Positions 30,843 to 40,400 of a DNA stretch of 56,143 nt are shown in pieces (the stretch's first letter is position 1; the number at the start of each line of letters is the position of its first letter). Origin of the DNA: Alphaproteobacteria bacterium (GTDB lineage Bacteria > Pseudomonadota > Alphaproteobacteria > UBA9219); the NCBI GenBank assembly GCA_049697595.1, contig JBAVWC010000438.1, forward strand, positions 1 to 56,143, written 5' to 3'. The notes under the pieces are model-generated. The model saw only the letters and a list, made by a program, of their open reading frames with translations, was not told the DNA's origin and searched no databases. The position numbers and the translations under genes are program-made.

Positions 30843-33800
30843 TCATTGCACACATATCCAGTAAATCGTTACCGCGCTAAGTGCGCTGGCCATGCTGACC
30901 GTCAGGGCAGAAGAAGTGAGCGCAGAAATATCCATGACCGCTGAGGTGTTGCTATCGCTTATCGTGCAAAATGGCGTATAGGAGAGAGTTCCAGACCAGT
31001 TGACTGTAGCCGAAGTCACGCTCGATGAACTGACCATCGAGCCACGCGCATTGGTTGACCCCGAAGTAATGGACGCGCAGCCTGTGCCGCATGTTGGTGT
31101 CCCCGAACTACCAGCTAGAGACGGATTAGCGGTTGCAGGTAAAAACGACATGCGGATATGCGTCGAGTCTTCTACATAATACGAGTAGTAATCGGTGGCA
31201 CTCGCTGTGGTGCTTAAAGTCGGCGCTCCGTTTGTGAAAACATAATCCGTTCCGTATGTCGTAATCGTATCGCTGCCCGTAGCGCTCTGGATGATTGCGA
31301 TTACCCCAGATTGCCCCGCCGTGATGCTGGACGGATTGGCAAGCGTACAAGGACAAGACGCATGCACAAGCCCAATGTCGAAGTTCGTGCTGGCTGCAAA
31401 GTTAGGCGTAAATGTTGCGGTACTGATCGCTGGCGTAGATTTTGTTACCGCCTGCCCGGCTGTCCATGATTGGGCGACATCGAGATAAGCAACATCGGCA
31501 GGAATCTTCGCTGCCAGCAAAGCCGTACCACTCCATACGCCTGTTGCAATCGTCCCGACGGCGGTGAGCGACGATGTGACAACGCTAGATGCAAGTGTCG
31601 TTCCCGTTAACCCAGATGCAGGAACGGCTGCCGCAGTGACGCTGGTGTTGCAAGAAAAGCCTGTGCCTGATGTCCATAGCAATGCGCTCGATGCTGTCGA
31701 GCATGAAGGAACGGTTTGTCCTGTCGGCGCAACTGCTGTCAGAGAGCCGAGAAGTTGATTAGCTGATAAAGCGCCGGATAGCGTAGCAGCAGTCCCCCCA
31801 ACGCTCAACGATGCCGCCGTCCCTGTTAATCCAGTTCCCGCACCCGCAAAACTTGTCGCCGTCACCGCGCCGGTTGCAAGACTACCGTAAATCGTCGTCG
31901 CAGTCGTCGTACCCGACAGCCCAATCTCCGTCGTATTACTCCCAAGCCCAACCCCGCCAATCGCAATCTCGTTCGTGTCGGCTGCGCCGTTTGTTGTGGT
32001 GGTCGCGCTCGTGCCTATTAGGATGTTATTCGAACCTGTTGTCAGAATTGTGCTACCAACCTGTGCGCCAATAATCGTATTCTGGCCGCCCGTAGTTATG
32101 GTGTATCCGGCCTTCTGCCCGAGACCCGTGTTGCTAGATGCTGCTCCTTGGACGGCATAAAGTGCCGAACTTCCCGCCGCTGTGTTGTTCGATCCTGTTA
32201 GCGCGGTAGAGAAAGCAGACACCAGCGCGTTTGCTCCAACCGCCGTATTTGTCCCACCTGACGAAACATCATAGCCAGCATTGAAGCCGAGAAAGACATT
32301 GTTTGCGCCCGATGTGTCGCTCATCCCGGCACTAGAACCCATCGCAATGTTTTGATTTCCGCTGGTCACCCCGTATAGTGCCTCAAAACCGAAAGCATCA
32401 TTATCAACAGATGCGGTCGTCTTGGTTCCATTGCCTATAGCCTGATAACCAAAAGCATTGCTCCGATAATTAGCCGCTGTTGCCGAAAGGCCGACTAAAG
32501 CACCATTGCCAACGGCAATAGTTCCCCCAGTGGTGTTGTCTTGGGACGGGTAAGACAAAGCGTTCGCCGCTCCTAGTTTGTACCCAGAACTTGCGGTTAC
32601 GCTCAGACCAGAGCTAACAGTAACAAGTGAGTTGCCGAAAGTGGTGCCGCGCCCAGCAGAACTTGTGGTGAATAAGGAAGCCCCATCATCATTATATCCG
32701 ACAACATCTAAATTTGTAGGAAGTGTGCTCCACAGGGAATTAAACTTAAAGCCTGCGTTGGACTCGTTTGTAACATAAACATCTCCCAGAGTACCAAAGG
32801 CTCCCGTACTTAAACCAGAGTCTATATAAAAAGCCGTCAAGAGATTATTGGTTCCTCCTAAAGTCGAGACAGGGTTATTAAACACAAGGAGATGATTGAA
32901 ATGAAATGCATAACTATAAAACTTCATACCATACAGGGCGGTAATAGTGCCGTCTTGGGCGTAGGTTGATGTCGAAGTTGCATACCAATTTGAAGGCGTA
33001 TCTGCAAATATATCGTCACCAATGGCACTCGTCATGAAAACAAACCCTGCTACCATTGGCCCATTAGCAGGTCGTGTCCAAGCGTGATTGTGCCCACAAT
33101 AATTTGTGTCTCCGGGGCCAGCGTTTTCAAATCCAACACGGTATCCTATGACTTCGCTATTACAGATGCGTCCATCTGTGGCGTTGTTGGAATATATGCC
33201 AATACTCGATGAACTATTTTCTAAATGTCCTGCCACGGGGGTGTAGCTTGGGTTCATATCCACAAAAATCTTGAATAGGTCATTATCAGTAATTGTGAGG
33301 CTAGCGTCAGAACCTATCTCAACGCCGTATGTTGTGCAGCGCCAGATATTGAGATCGTGTGTAGAGGTATCGTAACTGTCATAACTTTCAACACCAATAG
33401 TGGCGTTCCAATTACAATCTAAGTTTCCTTCTTTTATTTCACTAAAAGAATTAACGCCGCCGCTTATATACTTAAACATAGATGTGCCGGAAAAACCAGA
33501 CGAGGCTTTAATGGTTGCGTTATTAAAGTTCACAGTCTGTGAAGCGCCAACAGGTATGGTGGCACTGATATTATACGTAAAGCCCGGGTAGAGTGTCACA
33601 TTATTGTAAGTGGATAGTGCTGTGTTTATGTTTGCCGTGTCGTCTCCGCCAGAAGGGTAGACCCACCCCGTCCCACCATTCGCCACCGTCAGAGGTGTGC
33701 TAAGGTTAACCGCCCCCACAACATTCAATGCGCCGTTTTGTGCTGTGGTGCCAATTGCAAGCGATGTGCCAATTGCAACCGCGCCAGAGCCATACGTAAA

Positions 33801-34109
33801 CCCGCTATCACCCCCGAAGCCTGAGCCGTTGTTGAACTGTACATCGGTGGAGGAACCGCCGGGGGAGCCGCCGGAACCACCACATGCCTGAAACGTAGCT
33901 GGAGAGCCAGAACCATTGGAAGTAAAGCAATAACCCGAATGGTTTCCTGAATCCGTTACGCTAATTGGCAACTGATTGGTGGAAGAAATAGGTGCCCACT
34001 TTGCAAACCCACTCACAATCGACAGCGTACCGGGAACCGTTTGGGAAGCCGTACTTTGCGCCCAGACTGGTGGCGAAATCAGCAACAAGAGCGCAAGCAG
34101 ACGTTTCAT
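30843..34109 (-). CDS. large tail fibre / depolymerase-like protein with N-terminal signal-like segment
   Basis: ORF 30843..34160 trimmed to the ATG at 34107-34109 (MKRLLALLLLISPPVWAQSTASQ). It contains VQFNNGSGFGGDSGFTY and PLTVANGGTG fibre motifs, a beta-helix-like middle region, and a long run of GxNAxxxG head-type repeats. Confidence 0.8.
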   Translation of the reverse strand: MKRLLALLLLISPPVWAQSTASQTVPGTLSIVSGFAKWAPISSTNQLPISVTDSGNHSGYCFTSNGSGSPATFQACGGSGGSPGGSSTDVQFNNGSGFGGDSGFTYGSGAVAIGTSLAIGTTAQNGALNVVGAVNLSTPLTVANGGTGWVYPSGGDDTANINTALSTYNNVTLYPGFTYNISATIPVGASQTVNFNNATIKASSGFSGTSMFKYISGGVNSFSEIKEGNLDCNWNATIGVESYDSYDTSTHDLNIWRCTTYGVEIGSDASLTITDNDLFKIFVDMNPSYTPVAGHLENSSSSIGIYSNNATDGRICNSEVIGYRVGFENAGPGDTNYCGHNHAWTRPANGPMVAGFVFMTSAIGDDIFADTPSNWYATSTSTYAQDGTITALYGMKFYSYAFHFNHLLVFNNPVSTLGGTNNLLTAFYIDSGLSTGAFGTLGDVYVTNESNAGFKFNSLWSTLPTNLDVVGYNDDGASLFTTSSAGRGTTFGNSLVTVSSGLSVTASSGYKLGAANALSYPSQDNTTGGTIAVGNGALVGLSATAANYRSNAFGYQAIGNGTKTTASVDNDAFGFEALYGVTSGNQNIAMGSSAGMSDTSGANNVFLGFNAGYDVSSGGTNTAVGANALVSAFSTALTGSNNTAAGSSALYAVQGAASSNTGLGQKAGYTITTGGQNTIIGAQVGSTILTTGSNNILIGTSATTTTNGAADTNEIAIGGVGLGSNTTEIGLSGTTTATTIYGSLATGAVTATSFAGAGTGLTGTAASLSVGGTAATLSGALSANQLLGSLTAVAPTGQTVPSCSTASSALLWTSGTGFSCNTSVTAAAVPASGLTGTTLASSVVTSSLTAVGTIATGVWSGTALLAAKIPADVAYLDVAQSWTAGQAVTKSTPAISTATFTPNFAASTNFDIGLVHASCPCTLANPSSITAGQSGVIAIIQSATGSDTITTYGTDYVFTNGAPTLSTTASATDYYSYYVEDSTHIRMSFLPATANPSLAGSSGTPTCGTGCASITSGSTNARGSMVSSSSVTSATVNWSGTLSYTPFCTISDSNTSAVMDISALTSSALTVSMASALSAVTIYWICVQ

Positions 34110-34110
34110 C

Positions 34111-34629
34111 TTACCCAACCTGTGACGCAAAATCACGAATACTTTCAACTTTAGCCTCATAAGCAGCTTTTAGTTGAGCAGCAGTTTCATGCAACTTTGC
34201 ACTCTCCGCATCACGCTTGCTGATAAAAGCCTCGCGTTCGTCTAGTGATGCGGCTCTCTTGGCATTGGCCGTTTCTTTTTGTTCAGCGTCACGCACACGC
34301 GCAGCATGTTGAAGCTTAATTTCATTGAAAGCTTTTTCGGCTTCTTTTTGCTGCGTGTCTTTGTCAAGCCAGTGCTGTTCTTTTTTTTTCAATTCGTTTT
34401 CGCGGGCGTCTAGGTTTGCGTGACGATCAGCCGCGCCCTGTTCAACCTGTAACGCCAAAGCATGACGTTTCTCGGCTTCTTCTTTCGTGCCTTGAACGGT
34501 TGTCAGCATCTTGTCTGCCTTCACCATATCGTCGCGCAATTTGACAATGTTCTTTGCCACCATGTCGGGATTAGTGACAATGGCAAGGATGGATGATAGG
34601 TCGATTAATTGTTGGTCTATGGTGGACAT
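34111..34629 (-). CDS. coiled-coil protein (172 aa)
   Basis: ORF track. Heptad-rich and charged. Confidence 0.6.
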   Translation of the reverse strand: MSTIDQQLIDLSSILAIVTNPDMVAKNIVKLRDDMVKADKMLTTVQGTKEEAEKRHALALQVEQGAADRHANLDARENELKKKEQHWLDKDTQQKEAEKAFNEIKLQHAARVRDAEQKETANAKRAASLDEREAFISKRDAESAKLHETAAQLKAAYEAKVESIRDFASQVG

Positions 34630-34641
34630 GGGTTTCTCCTA

Positions 34642-34941
34642 TTAGGTTATGGCAGCAAGTAAGGTCGCACCGCTCGCTACATAATATCTAACCGTCTTTG
34701 CTGGCAGATAGTGATAACTCGCGGTCGCCGTTGGATTTGTGCCAAATGCGAGATAGCAGTCTGTGTCAGAACATAATTCAATCAACGTAGTGCCTGCATT
34801 AAGCGCAGAACACTGAGCCGATGAGGATGACAGAGATACGGCCTGTTCAGCCAGAATATTGCCAGCAGCAGGATAGTTCGATGGATGCGTCTTTACTGCA
34901 TACCCCGTAGAGCCATATTCGGTCAAAAATAATGTTGCCAT
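34642..34941 (-). CDS. hypothetical virion-module protein (99 aa)
   Basis: ORF track. Confidence 0.6.
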   Translation of the reverse strand: MATLFLTEYGSTGYAVKTHPSNYPAAGNILAEQAVSLSSSSAQCSALNAGTTLIELCSDTDCYLAFGTNPTATASYHYLPAKTVRYYVASGATLLAAIT

Positions 34942-35123
34942 TAGTTACCTCCAAGTAGTGCAATCGTTCCAGTCGGAACTGGTCGCTTCAAAACTATCCG
35001 CATCAAGCTAACGGATATATCGGTTATCGAACCAACATCCCAACCTTGTGCGCCCAAATCATTAAGGGCTTTTTCAGCGTCCTTGGCTGATATGTCGAGT
35101 AGGCGATATTCGTATTTTGTCAT
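34941..35123 (-). CDS. DUF4177-like small protein (60 aa)
   Basis: ORF 34941..35177 trimmed to the ATG at 35121-35123. MTKYEYRLLDISAKDAEKALNDLGAQGWDV fits DUF4177 (from recall). Confidence 0.5.
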   Translation of the reverse strand: MTKYEYRLLDISAKDAEKALNDLGAQGWDVGSITDISVSLMRIVLKRPVPTGTIALLGGN

Positions 35124-35124
35124 T

Positions 35125-35289
35125 TCAGTTACTCGATGTTGGCATTGGATTCGCAACCGTATAAGGACTCCAAACAATCTGCCCGTTCACGACAGTCTGA
35201 TAGCCAAGCAGGACTTGGCTTGCAGTAGATTGCGCATAGGCGACACCTGCGATGGTGATTAGTGCAATGATGATTAGGGTGAGTTTCAT
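35125..35289 (-). CDS. small secreted protein (54 aa) sharing the AQSTASQ site with the large fibre protein
   Basis: Hand translation: MKLTLIIIALITIAGVAYAQSTASQVLLGYQTVVNGQIVWSPYTVANPMPTSSN. ATGA overlap upstream. The next ATG lies 1 nt after its stop. Confidence 0.5.
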   Translation of the reverse strand: MKLTLIIIALITIAGVAYAQSTASQVLLGYQTVVNGQIVWSPYTVANPMPTSSN

Positions 35290-35642
35290 GTGTTTGCCGG
35301 ATACGCTGGTTGCGCTGGTAGCGATGTGCTGGTTGTGTCTGTGCCGTCAACTATTGCTCTTAACGCTTTACGGTAATGCACGAACGCCACAACGTCTGCG
35401 GTTGTCGCGGTTGTCAGTCCGAGCGTGATTGCTTCTTGGACACGAAGCATGGTTGTGTCGGTTTTGGTGAGGGCGGATTGGGCTTGTTGGGGTAAAAGAT
35501 TGGGTGGCGTGTAGGGTGTGGGCGTGTTTGGCACAGCCAACCATGCGAGATATGCTTGATAGTCAGCATTACACGAGTCAGCAGGGATTGTTGCTCCATC
35601 TGCTGTTCTGATGATCGAAGTGCCTGATGTGAGTTGGTACAT
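35286..35642 (-). CDS. tail-fibre-associated protein (118 aa)
   Basis: ORF track. IPADSCNADYQAYLAWLAVPNTPTPYTPP resembles motifs seen in fibre assembly/accessory proteins (from recall). Confidence 0.55.
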   Translation of the reverse strand: MYQLTSGTSIIRTADGATIPADSCNADYQAYLAWLAVPNTPTPYTPPNLLPQQAQSALTKTDTTMLRVQEAITLGLTTATTADVVAFVHYRKALRAIVDGTDTTSTSLPAQPAYPANT

Positions 35643-35644
35643 GA

Positions 35645-37357
35645 TTATAGCTCCGCTGATGCTGTGTAGTGGGAGAATGAATTTGCATCCGTCACGATAC
35701 CGATATACATCATAAACCCAGTCGTGGAGGTATAGGGCATTGACCCAACTATATCCACACTGTCAGTCCAGGTTCCCGCTGTTATCGAAGAGGCTTTCCC
35801 GATATTACCCGCTCCATCCCAGTCTGTAACGGTAGCCGCTGCTCTCATGGCTACAGGGAACTGGAATGTTTGGTAAGCATCTGCGGTTGCGACCCCAACT
35901 ACCCCGCCGACCAGCCCAACCCTTGTGGCTGTTCCGGGAGTTACGCCAAGGCCGTAGGTGGTTGCATAATACCTCTGACACAACGCCAACTCCAACCCAA
36001 TCGGCCTACGCTCAAACGGCGTTGCAACCGAACCGTTCTCAAGTTGAACCTTACCGATTGTCCACGTTCCTGATGTCTGCGCTCCGACCGAGAAAACAAT
36101 CTGGACGCCTTTTTCCGCACCCGCTGGCAATGCAATCTGCGTCGAATAGACCGTAGGCGTCGAATTGACCGTGAACGTGCCTGTGGCAATTTGCGTAACC
36201 GTAGGCGATGCCAAACTCCCAAATGTATCAGCGGTCGTCGTGGCGTAATAAGCCGTCCATGTTACACTCGTGAGCAAACTATTCGACAGTTCCGCCGACA
36301 GCGTAGCCGTTGAACCTTCGAGGTCGTAGATATTCGCAGCCTCGATACGCTGACCAAAGCCAATCGCCGTGACACTCGCCGCGCCCGTGAACTGATAAAC
36401 TTTCTGCGTCGGTGCGGTTCCTGCGACTTGCTGCCCTGTGACATTCGCGCCTGTGCAGTAGGCATAGAAGCGGTCAACCGTATATGCCAAAGCCGCTGCT
36501 GCCGTGATGGTCTGTGAATTTCCCGCATTGCGTTGATCGACACTCATACTGCCGTTGATGATGCGATTGCGGAGGCCAGCGAATTGGCCGCCGTTGATGG
36601 AGGATGTGGTGACTAATCCGTTGGTATTCCCCGTCACGTTGCCAGTCACGTTGCCAGTCACGTTGCCAGTCACGTTACCCGTAATAGTGCCAGAAGCATT
36701 AATAGCGGCTGTAGTCGTCGTCCCACTAACCGTCAAATTCCCCGAAACCGTCCCACCCGTCAGCGGCAAGAACGACCCCGGAGGTTGCAACGTAGCCACC
36801 GAAATAGCCAAAACCCAATCACCAGCCGCTAAATCAGCAGCCCAAACGCCAGAAGTGTTGCCTTGAGCCGCGACATAGATATTATTCGTATAAGCCCCGT
36901 TCACGCCGTCCTGAACGATGTCGCCGAAGTTATAGACGGCTCCCGTTACCCAAATGCCGCGATAGGCTCCTGTGCGAGCGGATACTTGTTGTATCTGCAT
37001 CTCCAAAGTATCGAGCGCAGCCTCAACCGCAGCAGGATAGAAATTACCCTGATTCGACAGCGACGTTAATTGCTGCAATGGCAAAATACGTTGAACCGTT
37101 AGCGATGTGCCATTGGCAATCGGCGAACCCGTGAGAGGATATTCGATTGTAAACGAATTGCTCCACAACTGCCCCGTCGCAGGAGGATTGATTGTGATCG
37201 TGTATTGCGTGGGAGAGAGCGGGGTTGCTGTGCCGGAAGCGTTTGTGTATGTCACATAAACGTAAGACGCGGCATCGGGGACGAATGAAAAGTCCCATGT
37301 AGAGACACTCCCAGACCCGAGAAGTGTAGCGATACTTTGCGACGACGAGATAGTCAA
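35645..37357 (-). CDS. tail fibre protein
   Basis: 570-aa ORF. It has an N-terminal virion-attachment-like region, a PLTGGTVSGNLTVSG fibre motif and a (GNVT)n repeat, and follows the internal virion proteins. Confidence 0.8.
   Translation of the reverse strand: MTISSSQSIATLLGSGSVSTWDFSFVPDAASYVYVTYTNASGTATPLSPTQYTITINPPATGQLWSNSFTIEYPLTGSPIANGTSLTVQRILPLQQLTSLSNQGNFYPAAVEAALDTLEMQIQQVSARTGAYRGIWVTGAVYNFGDIVQDGVNGAYTNNIYVAAQGNTSGVWAADLAAGDWVLAISVATLQPPGSFLPLTGGTVSGNLTVSGTTTTAAINASGTITGNVTGNVTGNVTGNVTGNTNGLVTTSSINGGQFAGLRNRIINGSMSVDQRNAGNSQTITAAAALAYTVDRFYAYCTGANVTGQQVAGTAPTQKVYQFTGAASVTAIGFGQRIEAANIYDLEGSTATLSAELSNSLLTSVTWTAYYATTTADTFGSLASPTVTQIATGTFTVNSTPTVYSTQIALPAGAEKGVQIVFSVGAQTSGTWTIGKVQLENGSVATPFERRPIGLELALCQRYYATTYGLGVTPGTATRVGLVGGVVGVATADAYQTFQFPVAMRAAATVTDWDGAGNIGKASSITAGTWTDSVDIVGSMPYTSTTGFMMYIGIVTDANSFSHYTASAEL
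36631..36680 (-). repeat. 12-bp tandem repeat (about 4 units) encoding GNVT repeats
   Basis: The plus strand reads GTCACGTTGCCA three times, then GTCACGTTACCC (36633-36680). Confidence 0.85.
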
Positions 37358-37458
37358 AGCTCACTCCACAAGGATTGTTTTCCCCCGCATACTACCATGC
37401 TATAGTATTGATTTCCATATCATTGTAGGTTTGTGCGTATGTGTGCGCGGGGGTGTTA

Positions 37459-40400
37459 TTATTCGGTATGAAGTTTTCTCTTTGCCGCATCAGCATCCTT
37501 CATTATTTGCGGGTATTTATGCCCAAGTTTAGATGCTGCGATGTCTCTGGATGAAGTAACAGCAGCGGCAACCTCTCTTGCTTGGTCGTAGTGTGAAAGT
37601 TTATTAAAACCAGCCGTCTGTATAAGCCCCTTACCGTTATCCTTCCACAGCAGGTTCTTTAATATAAGCCCAGAGGAAACAGCATATTCATGGTATTGAT
37701 CTGGCGTCAATTGAACACCCTTGATATTCGACGGAACAGATTTAATCCCAATATCAATCTGATTGAGTTTTTGAATGATTGGGTTATCCCTGTTTAATGA
37801 AACGCCCATATTGGTTCCGCTTGGCAATGGCGTTCCTAGCACATCGACTTTCTGATTTAGCATCAGGGATGCCAACGGAATCCTGTTGGCTATCTTGGGT
37901 GCGAGACCCCATAGATTTTCAATGCCGTTGCTCGTAGTGGATCGCGCACTCAAATCAGTTTGCTGCCGAACCATGTTCGCTGCGGCTGAATATGGGACAA
38001 ACCCAGTTGCGATATTTCCTGCGTATGTCCACGCTCTATGAGGGTCTCTGAAAGCACTAATTAAATTGGACAGCCCATTCATCCATGTATCGTTGATGAT
38101 GTTTTCGCTGAAACTCGCCGCCAATCCAGCGGCTACATGCGTTCTTTCATGTTCCGCTAGACTGTGTATTCCATCGGCAAAATCAACCGTAAGTCCAACA
38201 AGAGGTGCCATTTCACCAAGCCATTTTCTATACGGCACATAAACACCGCCGAAGTCGGCACTGTATGGACGCCATCCAGTCGCCATAAGATTTTCGCGCT
38301 CTTTATAATCACTTGGGCCACCACCAGTGAGAAACCCACTTAGACCCAACCCAAAAGCGACGGTTCCAGCACTCGCGCCCAACATCATCTTGGAGACAGC
38401 ATATTGCTTGGCTATTGCCCCGTTGCGTCCAGACAGGTCATCTCTGACGGATTGTTTGATAAACCCAAGCGGCGTTGTCTCGATTAACCCGCTATCAATC
38501 ATATTGACACCGATTTTCGCAAACGGCATCGCAAGTCCAGTGACGAGCCGAAGTCCGGGTAAACTATGGCTTGTTAGAATAGAGAGAAAACGATCAACCT
38601 CCGGCACAGATGATTTGATATAAATGTCACGCAAAGCCATTTCATGCGCGTACTGCATAACATCCAGTGGCGGCTTCTGTGTATATTGAGTGAGATAATC
38701 GTTTAATTCGTCGCCATCAAGACCTTTCTTCATTGCGCTCTGAAACGCCTTCTCTCCCACCCTCATCTCGTAATTGGTTGAGTAAGAAAGTGTGTGTATG
38801 CCCTGAATACTACGCTCGGATAGAGTGAGTGCGCGGCCAAGTTTGCCGGGCAAAGATTGTTTATATGCCTTCGTTCCAGATTCTACTGCTTCCGCTAAAT
38901 AATTATGGATAGCGGGATATTCGGCAGCTTGTTTGGCGGCAGCTTCTTTATCTGCATTTTCGAGAACAAGATTTTCATTTATGTCTGATACTTTTACATT
39001 CTTGTCTTTTACTTCTTGTTTTGCTGCATCTAAAGATGCTTGTACGGCGTCTTTTTGTGCCTTCTTTTTATCTTTAATTTCTTCATCGGTAAGCCCCTTG
39101 TAATCGTTTTTATTTTTAACTGAACGCAAGAAAGCCTTTTCATCTTTTGTCAAGTCAGATGCCTTGTTCTCGAAAATCTCATCAAACGCAACACGCACAA
39201 GCCCTTGCACAGAACCGCGCATAAATGGAACGCCAGATTTTATTGCGGCAACAGCTACCGGATAGGCGTTCATTGTAGCGTTATGGACGACACTAAGCAT
39301 ATATGGGATTTGCTTCATGGATACGCGATCTTTGTCACGCATAATCTTTCCAGCCAATGCCGCGAATGGTGTGTTCACCAGAATACGCCCATATATCTTT
39401 ACGTAGTTTGACGACAGATACGCCAAATGTGTAAGCGGATTTGACAGGATGTTGTTTCTGAAAAAGGCGAGTGTTGCGTCCTCAAATGCCGCGTATCGGC
39501 CCGTCCTCATATCGGCAGCAAATTCTGCCTTAGCGAGAGGTTTATCAATCGTGTTCATCAATTTCATTTCTTCATCAAGCTGAAGAAGTGACTTTCCGGT
39601 TATCCTTTTGGCCAAAGCAACTGGGTCTGGCACATTTAATGTGCTGACAACTTTCTGTAACTCATGTCCAGCATGTCCCCAATCAGATTGAAATTCAGCT
39701 CGGAGTCGCATAGCAATTTCGAGTTGCTGTGTGGCTCTGGTGTATTCCAGATAATCTTCGGGTGATCTCTCTTTGTTTATTAGCAACGCAACCTGTTCTG
39801 ATAATTGAGCCACCATTTGTTTGTTTGCAGCAATTAATTTCTTTTGTGTATATGCTGCCGTCCCATATCTGGCATCCAAGAAATCAGAATTTCTTGCTGC
39901 CATTTCTTTCATGGCTGCCATAGCGTCATCGCTGGTATTAAACTTATCGAACCTAAATCTACCGTCCTTGTCTAAATAGGCGGTTTGACCTGCTGCTGAT
40001 TTTGATGATTCTACGGGTTCATCAGCGGGTCGTTCTGCGGAATCCCCGCTTGGCTCTCCTGCTCCCGTTCCTCCGGCTGCATTTCTGTCTGCATCAGCGG
40101 GTTCTGTTGCTCGTAATCCGCCGCCTTGTTCCCCAAGTCCACCATTGCCTGCGCCGACCTCACTAGATTCTGGCGTAGCGGTGTGGGTGCCTTCGCCTGA
40201 AGGTTGCTCAGTGCCGACAGTATTCCCTGCGCCTGTTTCAGCTTCGCCTGACTTGATTGCATCGTAAGCCTCCTTGTCGTTGTTCTCAGCCAGTTTGCTT
40301 ATCTCGGCCTTGACATTATCCATTGCTGCCGCAGCATCTTTGGGGGCTGTCTCCTTAGCATCCTGAACATGCAAATCAGCAAATTCTTTTCCTGTTTCCT

